Shown here: piece after piece, positions 46,576 through 61,886 of the stretch
How positions within the stretch are numbered: the stretch's first letter is position 1
Layout: the number at the start of each line of letters is the position of its first letter
Origin: Octopus vulgaris
Lineage: Eukaryota
DNA: 64,000 nt
Direction of reading: 5' to 3'
Assembly: GCA_951406725.2 (NCBI GenBank)
Contig: OX597815.1
Coordinates: 72,106,001 to 72,170,000 of the forward strand
Notes under the pieces: model-generated
What the model was told of the DNA's origin: nothing
What the model saw: the letters and a program-made list of their open reading frames with translations, nothing else
Database searches by the model: none
Translations under genes and position numbers: made by a program

Positions 46576-46931
46576 TATTGTCATATTTGGGGAGGGTCAT
46601 ATTTTTGCCAATTAACCACGCAGACTATATATTTGGTCTTTATTTCGGCTTTATTATTATTCTTATTTTAGTGTCCCTTGTCTGGAAATCTTTCATCACA
46701 TATCTTGTGAGCAATTCAGCAAAACAGAATGGACTAAAGAGAAAAGGAGGAGGCACACGGGATGGAGAGTCGCTGAAGAGGTCACAGGATGTCGTGACGA
46801 AATATTTCCAGACAAGGGATACTAAAAAGAGAATAATAATAATAAAACTCAAGTGAAGACCAAGCATATAGTGTGTGTGATTAATCTGCAAAAAAAATAA
46901 ATAAAAAATTACCATCCCCAAATATAACAAT
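46576..46931. mobile_element. Palindromic MITE (~355 bp)
   Basis: Arms of ~135 bp, e.g. TTTTAGTGTCCCTTGTCTGGAAAT / ATTTCCAGACAAGGGATACTAAAA and TATTTGGGGA / TCCCCAAATA. Confidence 0.8.
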
Positions 46932-47399
46932 ATCTGTTTCAACAGACAATTTCAGATCAGGAATCTTGCAAAACAAACGCATAAAAGGAGAAACAATTAT
47001 GTTATTGCCTTTAATGAGGTCGGTGGAAGGATTGTTAAAGTTAGGTGAACCGTTGAGCACGATTAGGTTTCTTTCTGCTTATCTCTTCGGTAGGTCTTAA
47101 TTCTTTCCAAAGAAGATATGAAAAGACTTTTTAATGATTTTCTATTGTAATTCAAAACACTTCAACAACAACAACAACAACAACGAGTTTGGTTTTCGAA
47201 GAACTATGGATCTTAGTTTCTTTTCTTTCTGTCCATTTTCTTTGTTATTTGGCTGGGAAAGGATTTTATTGTTTTACGCTAAGTCTTCTTTTTCTGTGAT
47301 TTCCAATCCTTTCCTTTCGTATTTTGACCGAGCGCTTCAGAATTTTCATCCGCAACTATATTTCTTCCTTATCGCATGGTGAAAGTATAACGCATCCCT

Positions 47400-47734
47400 G
47401 GAAGGATAAAAGGCAAAGTCAACTTCGACAGAATTTGAACCCAGAACGTTGAAATGCCGCTAAGCATTTTGTCTAGCATGTTAACGATTCTGCCAGCTCG
47501 CCACTTTATATAAAGTCAATAATCCTTTCTAATATAGGCATAAAGCCTGAAATTTTGGGGAAGAGGGCTAGTTGATTACACCGACTCCATGTGTAACTGG
47601 TACTTATTTCATCGACTCCGAAAAGATGAAGGCAAAGTTGACCTCGCTGGGATTTGATTTCTGAATATAAGGACGGACGAAATGCCGCTAAGCATTTTGC
47701 CCGACGTGCTTACGATTCTACCAGCTCGCCGCCT
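47400..47734 (-). mobile_element. Two Meta-domain-like SINE copies
   Basis: Head and core motifs present. The second copy has a TATATAAAGTYAATAAT TSD. Confidence 0.82.
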
Positions 47735-47738
47735 TTTA

Positions 47739-48302
47739 TTGGGTTGTCCGGATAGTTCGTGCCGATTTTTAAAGAAAAGAAAAAGGTCAATAAATACATG
47801 CCATTACATTTTTAATCAACCAAATATGAACCATTTTGTTGCACAATACGTCTCCATCCTTCCTTTAACTTGAAAATACCCTCTTCCCAGAATTGAGGTA
47901 GTTTCATGGCAAAGAATTCATCAAGGTATCTTTTTACGTCACCCGAGGAATTCAAATTTTTACCATTAAGACTATTCTGCAGACCTGAATAAGTGGAAAT
48001 CCGAAGGAGCAATATCTAGTGAATATGGAGGGTGGGGTAACACATCGCAGCCAAGCTGGAGCAATTTTTATCTGGTTCCCAAAGCATCAAGTGCCGAAAA
48101 TGAACTTTCTTATCTTCCATTTTAAAGGGTTACAAAATTAACACAGGTTTTAGGAACATAAACCTTCTTCCACGAAAAGATAGCTTAAACTGTGCTCTAA
48201 ATGGAGGTGTAGCCAAATCCTATTTTATGGACTCAACCATGTTCTAAAATAAATCGAAAGGTAAGCTACTATTAATCGGCACGAACTTTCTGGACAACCC
48301 AA
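47739..48302 (-). mobile_element. Internally deleted mariner element with TIRs and TA TSD
   Basis: TIRs TTGGGTTGTCCGGATAGTTCGTGCCGATT / AATCGGCACGAACTTTCTGGACAACCCAA, TA on both sides, and transposase C-terminus VLPHPPYSLDIAPSDFHLF...WRRIVQQNGSY. Confidence 0.93.
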
Positions 48303-48459
48303 TATATAAAGTTAATAATGACTGATTTTACCAGGTGGCCGCCTTACTTCCAAATATAGTAATTAACATATTTGACATCATGAAGTATTTTTTCCTTTAT
48401 AAATACTATTTACTAAATTTGAGGGAGCATTATTAAAAATTAGGTTTATCTTTTTTTTT

Positions 48460-48893
48460 TTCTTTTACTTGTTTCAGTCATTGGACTGCAGCCAAGCTGG
48501 GACACCGCCTTGGCGGGTTTAGACGAACAAACAGACCCCAGGAATTATCTCGTTTTCAGACTGGCACCTATTCGATAGGTCTCTTTCGACGACGTGCTAA
48601 GTTACAGAACTAAATAAACCAACACCGGTTGTTAAGAGGTGGGGGAGTCAAACAGAAAGACCTACAGACAAAAACATACATTCTCTCTGTCTCTCTTACA
48701 CACATACACACACACACACATATATACACGACGGGATTTCACATAGTTTCCGTCAATCAAATTCACCCTCAAGGCATTTGTCAAACCGGGTCTATAGTAG
48801 ACGACACTTTCCCAAGGTGTCGCGCAGTAGGACTGAACCCGAAACCGCGTGGTTGCAAAGCGAGATTCTTAACTACACGGCCATGCCTGAGCC
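48460..48893 (-). mobile_element. Microsatellite-containing SINE, diverged
   Basis: Colinear with the reverse complement of 28008-28488. Confidence 0.8.
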
Positions 48894-49077
48894 TACTTTG
48901 TTGTGATTCTAGTAAGTATTTTTTGTCTTTTTGTACTTTTACAAATGCTGCATATCCTAGTAATTTTTCTAGCATACCCTTAGGGGTACGCATATCTTGG
49001 TCTGAGTACCCCTAACTCTACACGTATTCACACGCAGATACGTACGCACACACCTGCACACGTACACACATTTTCCC

Positions 49078-49155
<78 letters not shown>

Positions 49156-49752
49156 TACACACGCACATACATGCTTCTGTCTTTCTCACTCTCTCTTAGA
49201 CACAAATACGCATTCTTTCTCACACATACGCATACATAGACACTCATACACACACTCACACATTGTATCTCACACTTATGCACACACATACTGTCCCACC
49301 CTTAACCCACACACTCACACATACTCTCTCTCCCTTTCTCTCTCACTCCGTTCCCCCTCACACACTGACATACCGGCTAACAGGATGTGTTTTGTCTGAG
49401 GAGGTCTTCAGTAGAAAATGGCCTTCCAGAGGATCAAGGCTATGGTAACGCTATAAGACGATAGGAAACACTTTTGAAAAATGGAACTTTGTCAGAATTG
49501 CACTTTTGATATCAAATACAAGATTAGTTTTCCTTTGCAAGTTGATAACATCCGATAATGATATCAAACGGCATGGGAGAGCTTATCAAATATGTCTCGT
49601 TTTTTTTTACTTTCGCTCTCTCCTTTTCTTTCTCTCTCTCTTTTTCCCTCCCTTCCTCTGTCTCTCTCTCTGTCTGTCTGTCTCTGTCTCTGTCTCTGTC
49701 TGTCTGTCTCTCTGTCTCTCTGTCTCTCTGTCTCTCTCTCTCTGTCTCTGTC

Positions 49753-49809
<57 letters not shown>

Positions 49810-49990
49810 ATCTCTCTCCCTCTCTCTCTTTCACCCCTTCAGATTGCTCATATTATTGTATTCTCGAAACGGAACATTTGCTCATGTATGTATGTATGTA
49901 TGTATTATGTATGTATGTATGTATGTATGTATGTATGAATGTATGTGTGTGTGTTTGTTGTATGTGTGTGTAAGTACGTGTTTATTTGTA

Positions 49991-50021
<31 letters not shown>

Positions 50022-51248
50022 GTGTGTTTGTATGTATGCATGTGAGTGTATATGTGTGTGTGTCTGTCTGTATGCATGCACGCGTGTATGTATGTATGTA
50101 TGTATGTATGTGTGTGTGTGTGTGTGTATGTATGTGTCTGTCTGTATGTATGTGTGCATGTATGTGTGTTTGAATGTGTGTTTGTATGTGTGTATACATG
50201 TATGTGTGTCTGTTTGTCTGTATATATGCGTGTATGTATGTATTTATGTACGTGTGTGTGTCTGTATGTATGTATATATATATATATATATATTGTGTAT
50301 GTATGTTTGCATGGGTGTATATATATATATATATATATGTGTGTGTATACATATATACATGTACGTATGTATGTACGAATATATGTATATATATACACAC
50401 ACACGCATTTATCTCTCTCTTTCTCTCTATCTATCTATCTATCTATCTATCAATCTATCTATCTATATATATATATATATATGCATGTACGTATGAATGT
50501 ACGTGTGAGTGTACGTGTGAGGGAAGAGGCTGTCTGTTAACGAGTATGTTAATATGTGAATGTGTTTAAGGAAGAGAGGGAGAGAAAGAGAGAGAGAGAA
50601 AGAGAAAGAGTAAGAGAGAGAGAGTGTGTGTGTGTGCGTGTTTGTGTGAGAGGGAGAAAGAGAGAGAGATTATAAAATCTTTTCATTTCACCACAAATTT
50701 CTACCCCTGCATCATCGCCACCCCCACCCGCCATCACTCGTTTCCTCCTGAAACTGATCTTTGTCGAGCTAGTTGATTCTTCATTAAGTTTGGTTTCCAT
50801 TTGTGTGTGTGTGTGTGTGTGTGTATGTGTGTATTGTGTCTGCGCGCGCGCTAGTAGTGTGGTATGGCAGTAGGAGGTTGGGGAGCGGAGGTGAGAGGGG
50901 ATAAATAAAAATAGTGAAGTCTTTTGTGTTAGTTTAATACGGTGGTTATAGGAAGGCGGTGGTGGCGGTGGTGGTGGGCGTAATTCCCAGCAGTGTTGTA
51001 GTTGTCGGTGTTTCATTTGGGTCAGTCCTGATCGGGAACAGATTAAAGGCTTTCCAGCCGTGACTATCATGCCTTTTTAAATTCAGAAACATCCCATGTA
51101 TTCTTCATTTTGAAAGACACGAGAGTTGAAATTACAGGGATATATGGTTTTTACTTCCAGTAAGTAAAGAAACCGCTTAGGAGTTTTCTGTATTACTGGC
51201 TTTGTTGTTGTTGTTGTTGTTGTTTAATTCAGGGGTCAGTCCTGAGGT

Positions 51249-51570
51249 TTTATTCTTTATTTATTTATGCGCCCTTTTCAAGCCTAGCCAGGCTCATGGG
51301 CCCGGTTTCCCGGTTTCTGTGGTGTATGTGTTCCCCCAGCTGGACGGGACGCCAGTCCATCGCAGGGTTACTCAAGAAACAGGAAGAAAGAGTGAGAGAA
51401 AGTTGGGGTGAAAGAGTACAACAGGGGTCGCCACCATCCCCTGCTGGAGCCTCGTGGAGCTTTAGGTGTTTTCGCTCAATAAACACACACAACGCCCAGT
51501 CTGAGAATCGAAACCGCGATCCTTCGACCGTGAGTCCGCTGCCCTAACCACTGGGCCATTGCGCCTTCAC
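51249..51570 (-). mobile_element. tRNA(Arg-like)-headed SINE with V-domain-like tail and 12-bp TSD
   Basis: TSD CAGTCCTGAGGT at 51237-51248 and 51571-51582. Same head as 34768 but a different 3' part. Confidence 0.92.
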
Positions 51571-51631
51571 CAGTCCTGAGGTAGTAGATTAAAAACTTTC
51601 CAGCTGTGAACATCATAATTCTCTTTTTTAG

Positions 51632-52012
51632 TGGAGGGGCAATGGCCCAGTGGTTAGGGCAGCGGACTCGCGGTCATAGGATCGCGGTTTCGATTCCCAG
51701 ACCGGGTGTTGTGAGTGTTTATTGAGCGAAAACACTAAAGCTCCACGAGGCTCCGGCAGGGATGGTGGTGATCCCTGCTGTACTCTTTCACCACAACTTT
51801 CCCTCACTCTTACTTCCTGTTTTTGTTGTACCTGTATTTCAAAGGGCCGGCCTTGTCACTCTCTGTGTCACGCTGAATATCCCCGAGAACTACGTTAAGG
51901 GTACACGTGTCTGTGGAGTGCTCAGCCACTTACACGTTAATTTCACGAGCAGGCTGTTCCGTTGATTCGGATCTACCGGAACCCTCGTCGTCGTAACCGA
52001 CGGAGTGCTTCC
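51632..52012 (+). mobile_element. Full-length tRNA(Arg-like)-headed SINE
   Basis: Near-identical to 34768-35152 and flanked by a TTCTCTTTTTTA duplication. Confidence 0.92.
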
Positions 52013-52739
52013 ACTTCTCTTTTTTAAATTCAAAAACGTCCTGTGTATCCTTCACTTTTGAAACACAAAAGTTGCGATTACAGGGAGATATGGTTGTTAT
52101 TTCATGTAGGTTAAGAAACCACACAGGAGCTTCATCAGTTATGGCTTTGTTGTTGTTGTTGTTTAATTCAGGAGTCAGTCCAGATAGAGTAGATTAAAAG
52201 GCTTTCCGGGCGTGATCATCTTGCCTTTTTTACAATTCAGAAACATCCGATGTCTCTTTCATTTTTAAACACGGAGTTGCGATTACTGGAGGATTTGATT
52301 ATTTTTTTCAGCAGATTAAGAAACGATATTGGGGCTTCCTCTCTTAATGGCGTTTGTTGTTGTAGTTTTGCCCCACGTCAGCCTTGATCGGACAGACCTG
52401 AGAAGGTAGGCGTTCCAGCCATGGCAATCCATTTTATTTTGACTTCCTTTGGTGTGTATGTATCAGCCTAGTGTGTGTGCGCGCGCGTGGTATGGCAGCA
52501 GAAGATTGGAGAGGTAGTGAGGGATGGAAATTATGAAGACAATTCTAACTGAACCTATAGATATGTTTTTTGCACTGCACCTACACTCTGATTAAGATCA
52601 AGTTTTCTAAAGTTTGCTCTCAAATTCTTTGTTATTGTTCCCAAGGCTTCAATAATAATCAGCATCATTATGACTTTGTTAACTTCTCTGTTCCAGCACC
52701 TGAGGATTTCATATTTCAAGTCAATATAATAATTTTTTA

Positions 52740-53065
52740 AGGTAGCCAGCTGGCAGAATCATTAGTAAGCCAGGCAAAATGCTTAACGGTATTTCGTCTG
52801 CCGCTACGTTCTGAGTTCAAATTCCGCCGAGGTCGACTTTGCCTTTCATCCTTTCGGAGTCGATTAAATAAGTACCAGTTACGCACTGAGGTCGATATAA
52901 TCGACTTAATCCGTTTGTCTGTCCTTGTTTGTCCTCTCTGTGTTTAGTCCCTTGTGGGTAGTAAAGAAATAGGTATTTCGTCTGGGGTCGATAAAACAAG
53001 TACCAGTTGAACATTGGGATCGATGTAATCGATTTGCCTCTCCTTGTTCCAAAATTTCAAACCAA
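52740..53065 (+). mobile_element. Meta-domain-like SINE(s), young copy nested in an older one
   Basis: GGTATTTCGTCTG is duplicated at ~52788 and ~52972 around a copy matching 26955-27135. Confidence 0.8.
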
Positions 53066-53670
53066 TATAATACTATACCTTTTCTTTTTCCTTTCATTTT
53101 ACTCCGGTATCTAATAGGCATGGCCACGTCGGTTACAATTCATAATTATTCTTGTCTACATCTACAATATGCGGTCTGTTGTGTTCTAGTCTTTTTTGTT
53201 TAGGAAAGTCCAACAATCCCACTTCAATTGTTTTCAAAGTCATGCATTTCTATTCCTACAAAATGGTTATAGTTTTTCTTATCCACACAGAGTCAAATTT
53301 CCTAAAAGAAAAATTCCATTGATTTTTGCGGTACTCTTATCATGCCTGCACTTGTTGTATTCATTCTGAACTCACTGAGAATATTCCGATATATATTGTG
53401 AGCTAGAGTCTCATATGAATCATTGTACATTTTACAACTGGGCGACGGCCTGTGAGCTTGGTGGTCGAGATGATCCTGGACCTGTGGGGTTTCTTGATTG
53501 CCCCTTCCGTCCACATATTTTCTATACTATGCCTACTCTTATCCCATTTTACACTCTTTTTCCCTTCATTTCTCATCTTTTCATGCAAACCCCCAGCACA
53601 AATTGTAAACTGTTTTTGTAATATTGCCCTCATTTATTGTTCCTGTGGCAAATAAAAGAAATCCTCCTCC

Positions 53671-53747
<77 letters not shown>

Positions 53748-53915
53748 TTTCATCTGTTTCTACGTTCTGAGTTCAAACGACGCCGAGGTCGACTTTGCGT
53801 TTCATCCTTTCAGGGTCGATAAAATAAGTACCACTTGAGCACAGGGGACAGTGAAATCGGCGAAATTGCTGGCCTTGTGCAAAAATGTGAAACTGTTGTT
53901 ATTTATTATTATTAT

Positions 53916-55995
<2,080 letters not shown>

Positions 55996-56010
55996 TTTGT
56001 ATTGTCTATT

Positions 56011-56149
<139 letters not shown>

Positions 56150-57990
56150 TGCTAAAATATGAACCAGATGTTTTTTTTATCGTTCTGTAGAATTAATATT
56201 TTTGCTGTCGACATTATTCTTTCAAGGACTCTTTTGTAACTGTGCTCCATTTTGTAGCTAATCTGGCCAACGGTATGAGGTACTATTTTTGGTTTGTTGT
56301 TTTGACCCTAATCGGGGTTACGTTTTCGTTTTTTAAATTTTCATAAACTACACATTAAAAAAGAACCCCCAATTCATTTGAATGTGGCGTCTTTTGTTTC
56401 TAACAAAAATGACAACGAAAGATACTGAATAACAAAAGCAACATAAAAAACAACAAAAACAAAAGAGTAAACTAAGTTTAGAAGAAGAAAGTTAGCACTT
56501 CAAGAAAATTACGCTGTTTTCTCTTCGTCACTCCAACAATATCTATATATGTTGGTGGACTTGGTTGCCGGCTGTAGCATAGCTGTAACAGTCAATAACA
56601 CTAGCATAACATTTATGAAGGGCCGTTTGCCCTTCCACCACCATATCGAGCAACACTGTACATATTATTGCTCAAGGTGGAGCCGGCGGTGATAGCAGAA
56701 AAAGAAGAAAAAGAAAACCAATACCAGTAATTAAGCTCTTCAACACATGACACCTCCAGCAGCGAAAACACCACCAACATCAACAATAACAATACATTTA
56801 CAATAAATATCTGTCAATCTTCCCTCAAAGATCAATTATTTTCCATAAAGAATGACCCCAGAATTATTTCCCTAACGAATCGAAGGCCAAGCTGAAGGAG
56901 AAGTACGTGGGCATAGTGGTTGGAATGAGTCCAATATGCCTAAAGAACTAATGAATGAGGAGAATGGGGAAGAGTGTATTCTCCCATTGACTGTGACACG
57001 GTACAAGGAAGCGTATGTTTGTTCTTTGAAAATACGACAGCATCTAGTGAGATAGGCTAAGTTGGTGCCTTACACAGCAGATACCCAGGGAAAAAAGACA
57101 CTAGCGCCACTACTAGAGATATTTGTAGTGACGTTTACCTTTGGAATGTCGTCACTTTTGCGATACATCGAGTAAAGATTATGCACGGAAGTGAACTGTA
57201 TAACATGTAGCCATGTGGGTTTTGCATGGATCTAAAGGTTCTGTGTTCTGTTCTAATGTTCCCTGGGGAATACCTCACTGCTATTCCTGAACTGTAACAC
57301 ATATGGGTTAAGAAGAAGGAAGGTCATTCAAATTGATGGTGCAATTCAAATTGATGGCCCAGTTGCTCCAAACGTGGTAGGAAAGACCACCTGAGTGACT
57401 TGTGCATTCGAACAAAAACTCTAGTAATTGGTATACATGTCGTTCGCCAGCACAGTACAGATCCACAGATTTTCTGTTTTCACAATTTATCTGTCCTAAT
57501 GCTACTACAATGTCCTCTGTTCCTTGCCCGTGATTTTCCCAGCTACAGACAATTTGCAGCTCTTCAAAAATAAACATCAATGACAGTGTAAGCGGTCCTG
57601 CGAAGGTCAAGATCACAATCGCTTTCCCCGAACGCAACAATATAAATATCTCGACATTGTTTTCGCACAAATATCTTTTGCTACTGAACTGATTTATTAT
57701 CACAGCAGCTTTTACTCTCAATTCTTTCTCTCAAAAGGGTCTAAAAAGACTAGAAACCAGTCAGATAGAGCCATTTTTTCTTGTCACATCAAAATATAAT
57801 CTGTGGTGTAACTACTTCGTTGACTTTTCATAACGAGGCTAAATTCTATGTTTATTAACAAAAGAATACTTTACATTTCGAAACCAAAAACAAAAAGAAG
57901 AAGAAAAGTGTGTCGTGTACTATTAATTAATAAATGTGTGTGAGTGTGTGCCTGTGCATATGTAAGTATACATATGTACATAGACACACA

Positions 57991-58030
<40 letters not shown>

Positions 58031-58337
58031 TATATATATATATATATACACACACAAACACACACACATACGTGTGTGTGTGTATATATGAACATACAGA
58101 CACATACACGCACATACAAGAGGGGGAAATGAGAGAGAAACATGATTTGATATTTCATTTGATATTTACGTTAAAAACAACAAAATCACCAAAGAAATAC
58201 GAAAACCAAAAAATATAAATAGGAACACAAAACCAAAACAAAACATTCTTTTTCTAATTCTGTCTCTTCTTCTCTTTCCTCTACCTTTCAACTCTCTCTT
58301 TCTTCTTTTCCCTCTCCCTTCTTTCTCTCTATATCTA

Positions 58338-58387
<50 letters not shown>

Positions 58388-58453
58388 TATACATACATAC
58401 ATACACATATATATATACATACATGCATACATATATATACATATATGTATATG

Positions 58454-58533
<80 letters not shown>

Positions 58534-58547
58534 CATATATATGTATG

Positions 58548-58598
<51 letters not shown>

Positions 58599-60036
58599 CT
58601 CCTCCTTTCGTCATCCTTTTCCCCATCATTTCAAATTAAACAGCAGTTTTGTTTAAAACAACACTCTATTGCCATTTTATAAATTTACAAACAAAAAAAT
58701 CACACATTTTCTCACCACCTCTGCTTCTCTCTCTCTCTCTTTCTCACATTCTCTTTCATTTTCTCTCATTTTCGTCAAATATCTATTTTAATATTGTTGC
58801 TGCTCTTGTTGTTGTCATATAATACAAATTTTCTTTTCTTTTTGTCGATTTTTTGTTCAGTTTTGGCTTGTTTTGTTTTGTTTTAAGCTATTTTTTCGCC
58901 TTTATATCGCTTTTATTTCAAACTTCAGACAATTCTCCTTCTACCCCCCCACAACCACCTCCCACTCCCTCTCACTTTTATTTCTCTCTATAAAGTATAA
59001 ACACACAAGCAGACGACATACATACGCATCTACACACGCTCTCTCCTCTCTCTCTCTCTCTCTCGCACTATCTTACCCGCTCTCCCTCTATCTCTTCGTC
59101 TCTGCTTCTCTTTCTCTTACCATTTGGAAACTAAAACAACACAGAAAGATATTTTATCTTTTTCTTCGCTCTTTTATTTTTAATTCCACACCTCTCTCTT
59201 TGTAGTTATGGGTACATATTGTATGTATATGTGTACATATGTATGTATGTATGTATGTTTGTAAATATGTGTGAATGAATGTATGTATTGCTTTTACCCT
59301 CACTTTCATGATATATGTAGAATATATATATTTTTGGATGTATGTTTGAGTGTCTTTTTCTACGTGTGTGTTTGTGTAAGTATGTGCATAATATATATGT
59401 GTATATAACGATGTGTGTGTGTGTGTGCGTGTATGCATACACATATACGTATGAGCATATATCTATAGTTAAATAGATAGATAAATGGATATATAGATGT
59501 TTTCCCTCCCTCTCTGTCTCACATACACACTCATAAAAAAATATATACAGATATACACATATACACACAAATACAAATATGCATACACACACACACACAC
59601 ACACACATATAAATATATCCATAAACAAAAACACACACACATACATAAACACATACACTCATATATATTCTTATTTTTGTTTAGTCGTCTGCGGTCTCTT
59701 TGAAATACAACTATATTTCCACTTAACACGTCATTCTCATGTCTGCAACCAGAAACTATACATATATACCATATATATATATATATATATACATATACAG
59801 ACATACACATATGCATATATTTCCTTTTATATGTATGTATTTAAATACATTTCTTAGGTTTTACTTTTTCGGAGGTGTTTTTTTTGTATTTTATCTATTC
59901 TTATTTTTGTTGTTTTTTTCTTTTTATTTAATCCGCCTTTGTTTTGTTTTGTGCTTGTTATTCATTGTTGTTATATTTCTGGCTCTGATTCAAAAGTCAA
60001 GAGGCATTTTCTCTATATTTACATTAGTTTACACTC

Positions 60037-60159
60037 CCGCCATCTTTCCTCTCGCCTCCGCCATCTTTCCTCTCGCCTCCGCCATCTTTCCTCTCGCCTC
60101 CGCCATCTTTCCTCTCGCCTCCGCCATCTTTCCTCTCGCCTCCGCCATCTTCCCTCGCT
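60037..60159 (+). repeat. Perfect 21-bp minisatellite (CCGCCATCTTTCCTCTCGCCT)x5 plus a partial unit, containing six YY1-type motifs
   Basis: Directly visible. CCGCCATCTT matches the YY1/Pho consensus CGCCATNTT. Confidence 0.9.
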
Positions 60160-60211
60160 ATGGACTTATAACACTTCGCGGCTCAATCGCCTCGTTATTA
60201 CACGTTCACAC

Positions 60212-60242
<31 letters not shown>

Positions 60243-60935
60243 TGTATGTATGTATGTATGTATGTATGTATGTATGTATGTATGTATGTATGTATGTATG
60301 TTTATGTATGTATGTTGTATGAAAGTGTGTATTTAGATATATATGTAGGTGTATAGGCATGCGAGCGCGCACACACACACACACATAAACACACGCACAC
60401 ACAACACACACACATATACACACATAAAAAGGTATATGCTTATATCTACATATACTGTATATACATGCACATGTGCACATACACGTAAGTATAAGTATAC
60501 ACGCACAAACATATGTTCATATATATATATACATACATATATATTCATGTATATATACATATATGTATATATATATATGTATGTATGCATATATATACAT
60601 ATATAAACATTATATGTATAGATATATATGCATATACATGGATATGTATATACATACATATATATGTATATACATACATGTATATGTATATATATACGTG
60701 TATGTATATATATTATATGTATATACTCAAATATATGATAGTGTATGTGTTGTTAGTTAATACCAAGTCAATGATAAAGAGAACTCCGTACAGGTTAATT
60801 ATAGAGAAAAGTGAATGGAATTGCATGCGTGTATATGTATATACTCATGCATACAATATATATGTTCTTTTATTCCTTTATGTTTCATCCCGAAGGCTGT
60901 GGTCATATGTGTGCGTGTGTGTTTGTGTGTGAGTG

Positions 60936-61010
<75 letters not shown>

Positions 61011-61014
61011 ATAT

Positions 61015-61230
61015 ATTCTTTTACTTGCTTTAGTCATTAGATTGATGTCATGCTAGGGTACCGACTTGAAGGATTTTAGTGAAACGAGTCGAGCCCACTA
61101 CTTATTTTATAAACCTGGTTTTTACTCTCTTGGTCTGTCGGAGTCTTTTGCCGAAACGCTTGAATACGATGAAGTAAACTTAGCAACACGGCTGTCAAGC
61201 GGGGAAGGGAAAAAAGGAGACACGCACATG

Positions 61231-61307
<77 letters not shown>

Positions 61308-61400
61308 TCATCGGGCTTCTTTCAGTTTCCGTCTACCAAATTCATTGACAAGGCTTTTGGTCTCTCCGAAGAAGAAGACACCTGTCCAAGGTGCTACGAA
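61015..61400 (-). mobile_element. Microsatellite-containing SINE, degenerate, internal (CT)n
   Basis: GGGCTTCTTTCAGTTTCCGTCTACCAAATTC core. Confidence 0.72.
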
Positions 61401-61571
61401 GCGAACTTCTTTTCCCACAGGTATGCTTTCGTTGATATATATATGTAAGAGGTGAGGACCAAAATCCTTAAAGGGATGTCAAACATCCAAGTCCGCCGGA
61501 TTATGAATTAAAGAAAGATCGTCTACACCTACAATTTTTCTATTCCACACACACATACACACACACACACA

Positions 61572-61667
<96 letters not shown>

Positions 61668-61725
61668 TGTATGTATATGTATATGTATATATATACATAT
61701 ATATATATACATACATACATATATA

Positions 61726-61770
<45 letters not shown>

Positions 61771-61800
61771 CAAAATAAGCAACAGGATATCAAGAAATGA

Positions 61801-61886
61801 TGCAGTACGACCGTTTCAAACGGCTCCATTTAATTGAACAATGCAATCATTACGTCAATTTAAATGCAGGGCTATCCTCAGCTGCA
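61801..61886 (-). ncRNA. Type I hammerhead ribozyme, intact core
   Basis: TGCAG CTGAGGA [long stem II CATTTAAAATTGA..TCAATTAAATG] GAAAC GGTC GTA CTGCA, GUA triplet. Confidence 0.78.

Larger units (their letters stand above)
51020..52432 (+). repeat. Diverged tandem array of ~205-215-bp units interrupted by two SINEs
   Basis: Units begin GTCAGYCC at ~51021, 51235, 52174 and 52377. They share AGATTAAAGGCTTTCCAGC...(TTG)n TTTAATTCAGG. Confidence 0.8.

Noticed and set aside
51577-51590. TGAGGTAGTAGATT, matching the first 14 nt of a let-7 family miRNA
   Set aside because: The match stops there, no precursor hairpin forms, and it overlaps a SINE TSD inside a tandem repeat unit.
53100-53660. Non-repetitive stretch with short ORFs
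   Set aside because: No motif I can assign. It may be an old TE remnant and would need BLASTX to resolve.
57308-57721. 137-aa minus-strand ORF in the unique island
   Set aside because: It starts at TTG just after an in-frame stop and has no recognisable domain. This is compatible with chance.
60037-60159. CRISPR-like appearance of the 21-bp repeat
   Set aside because: Units are contiguous with no spacers, there are no cas genes, and the context is eukaryotic.
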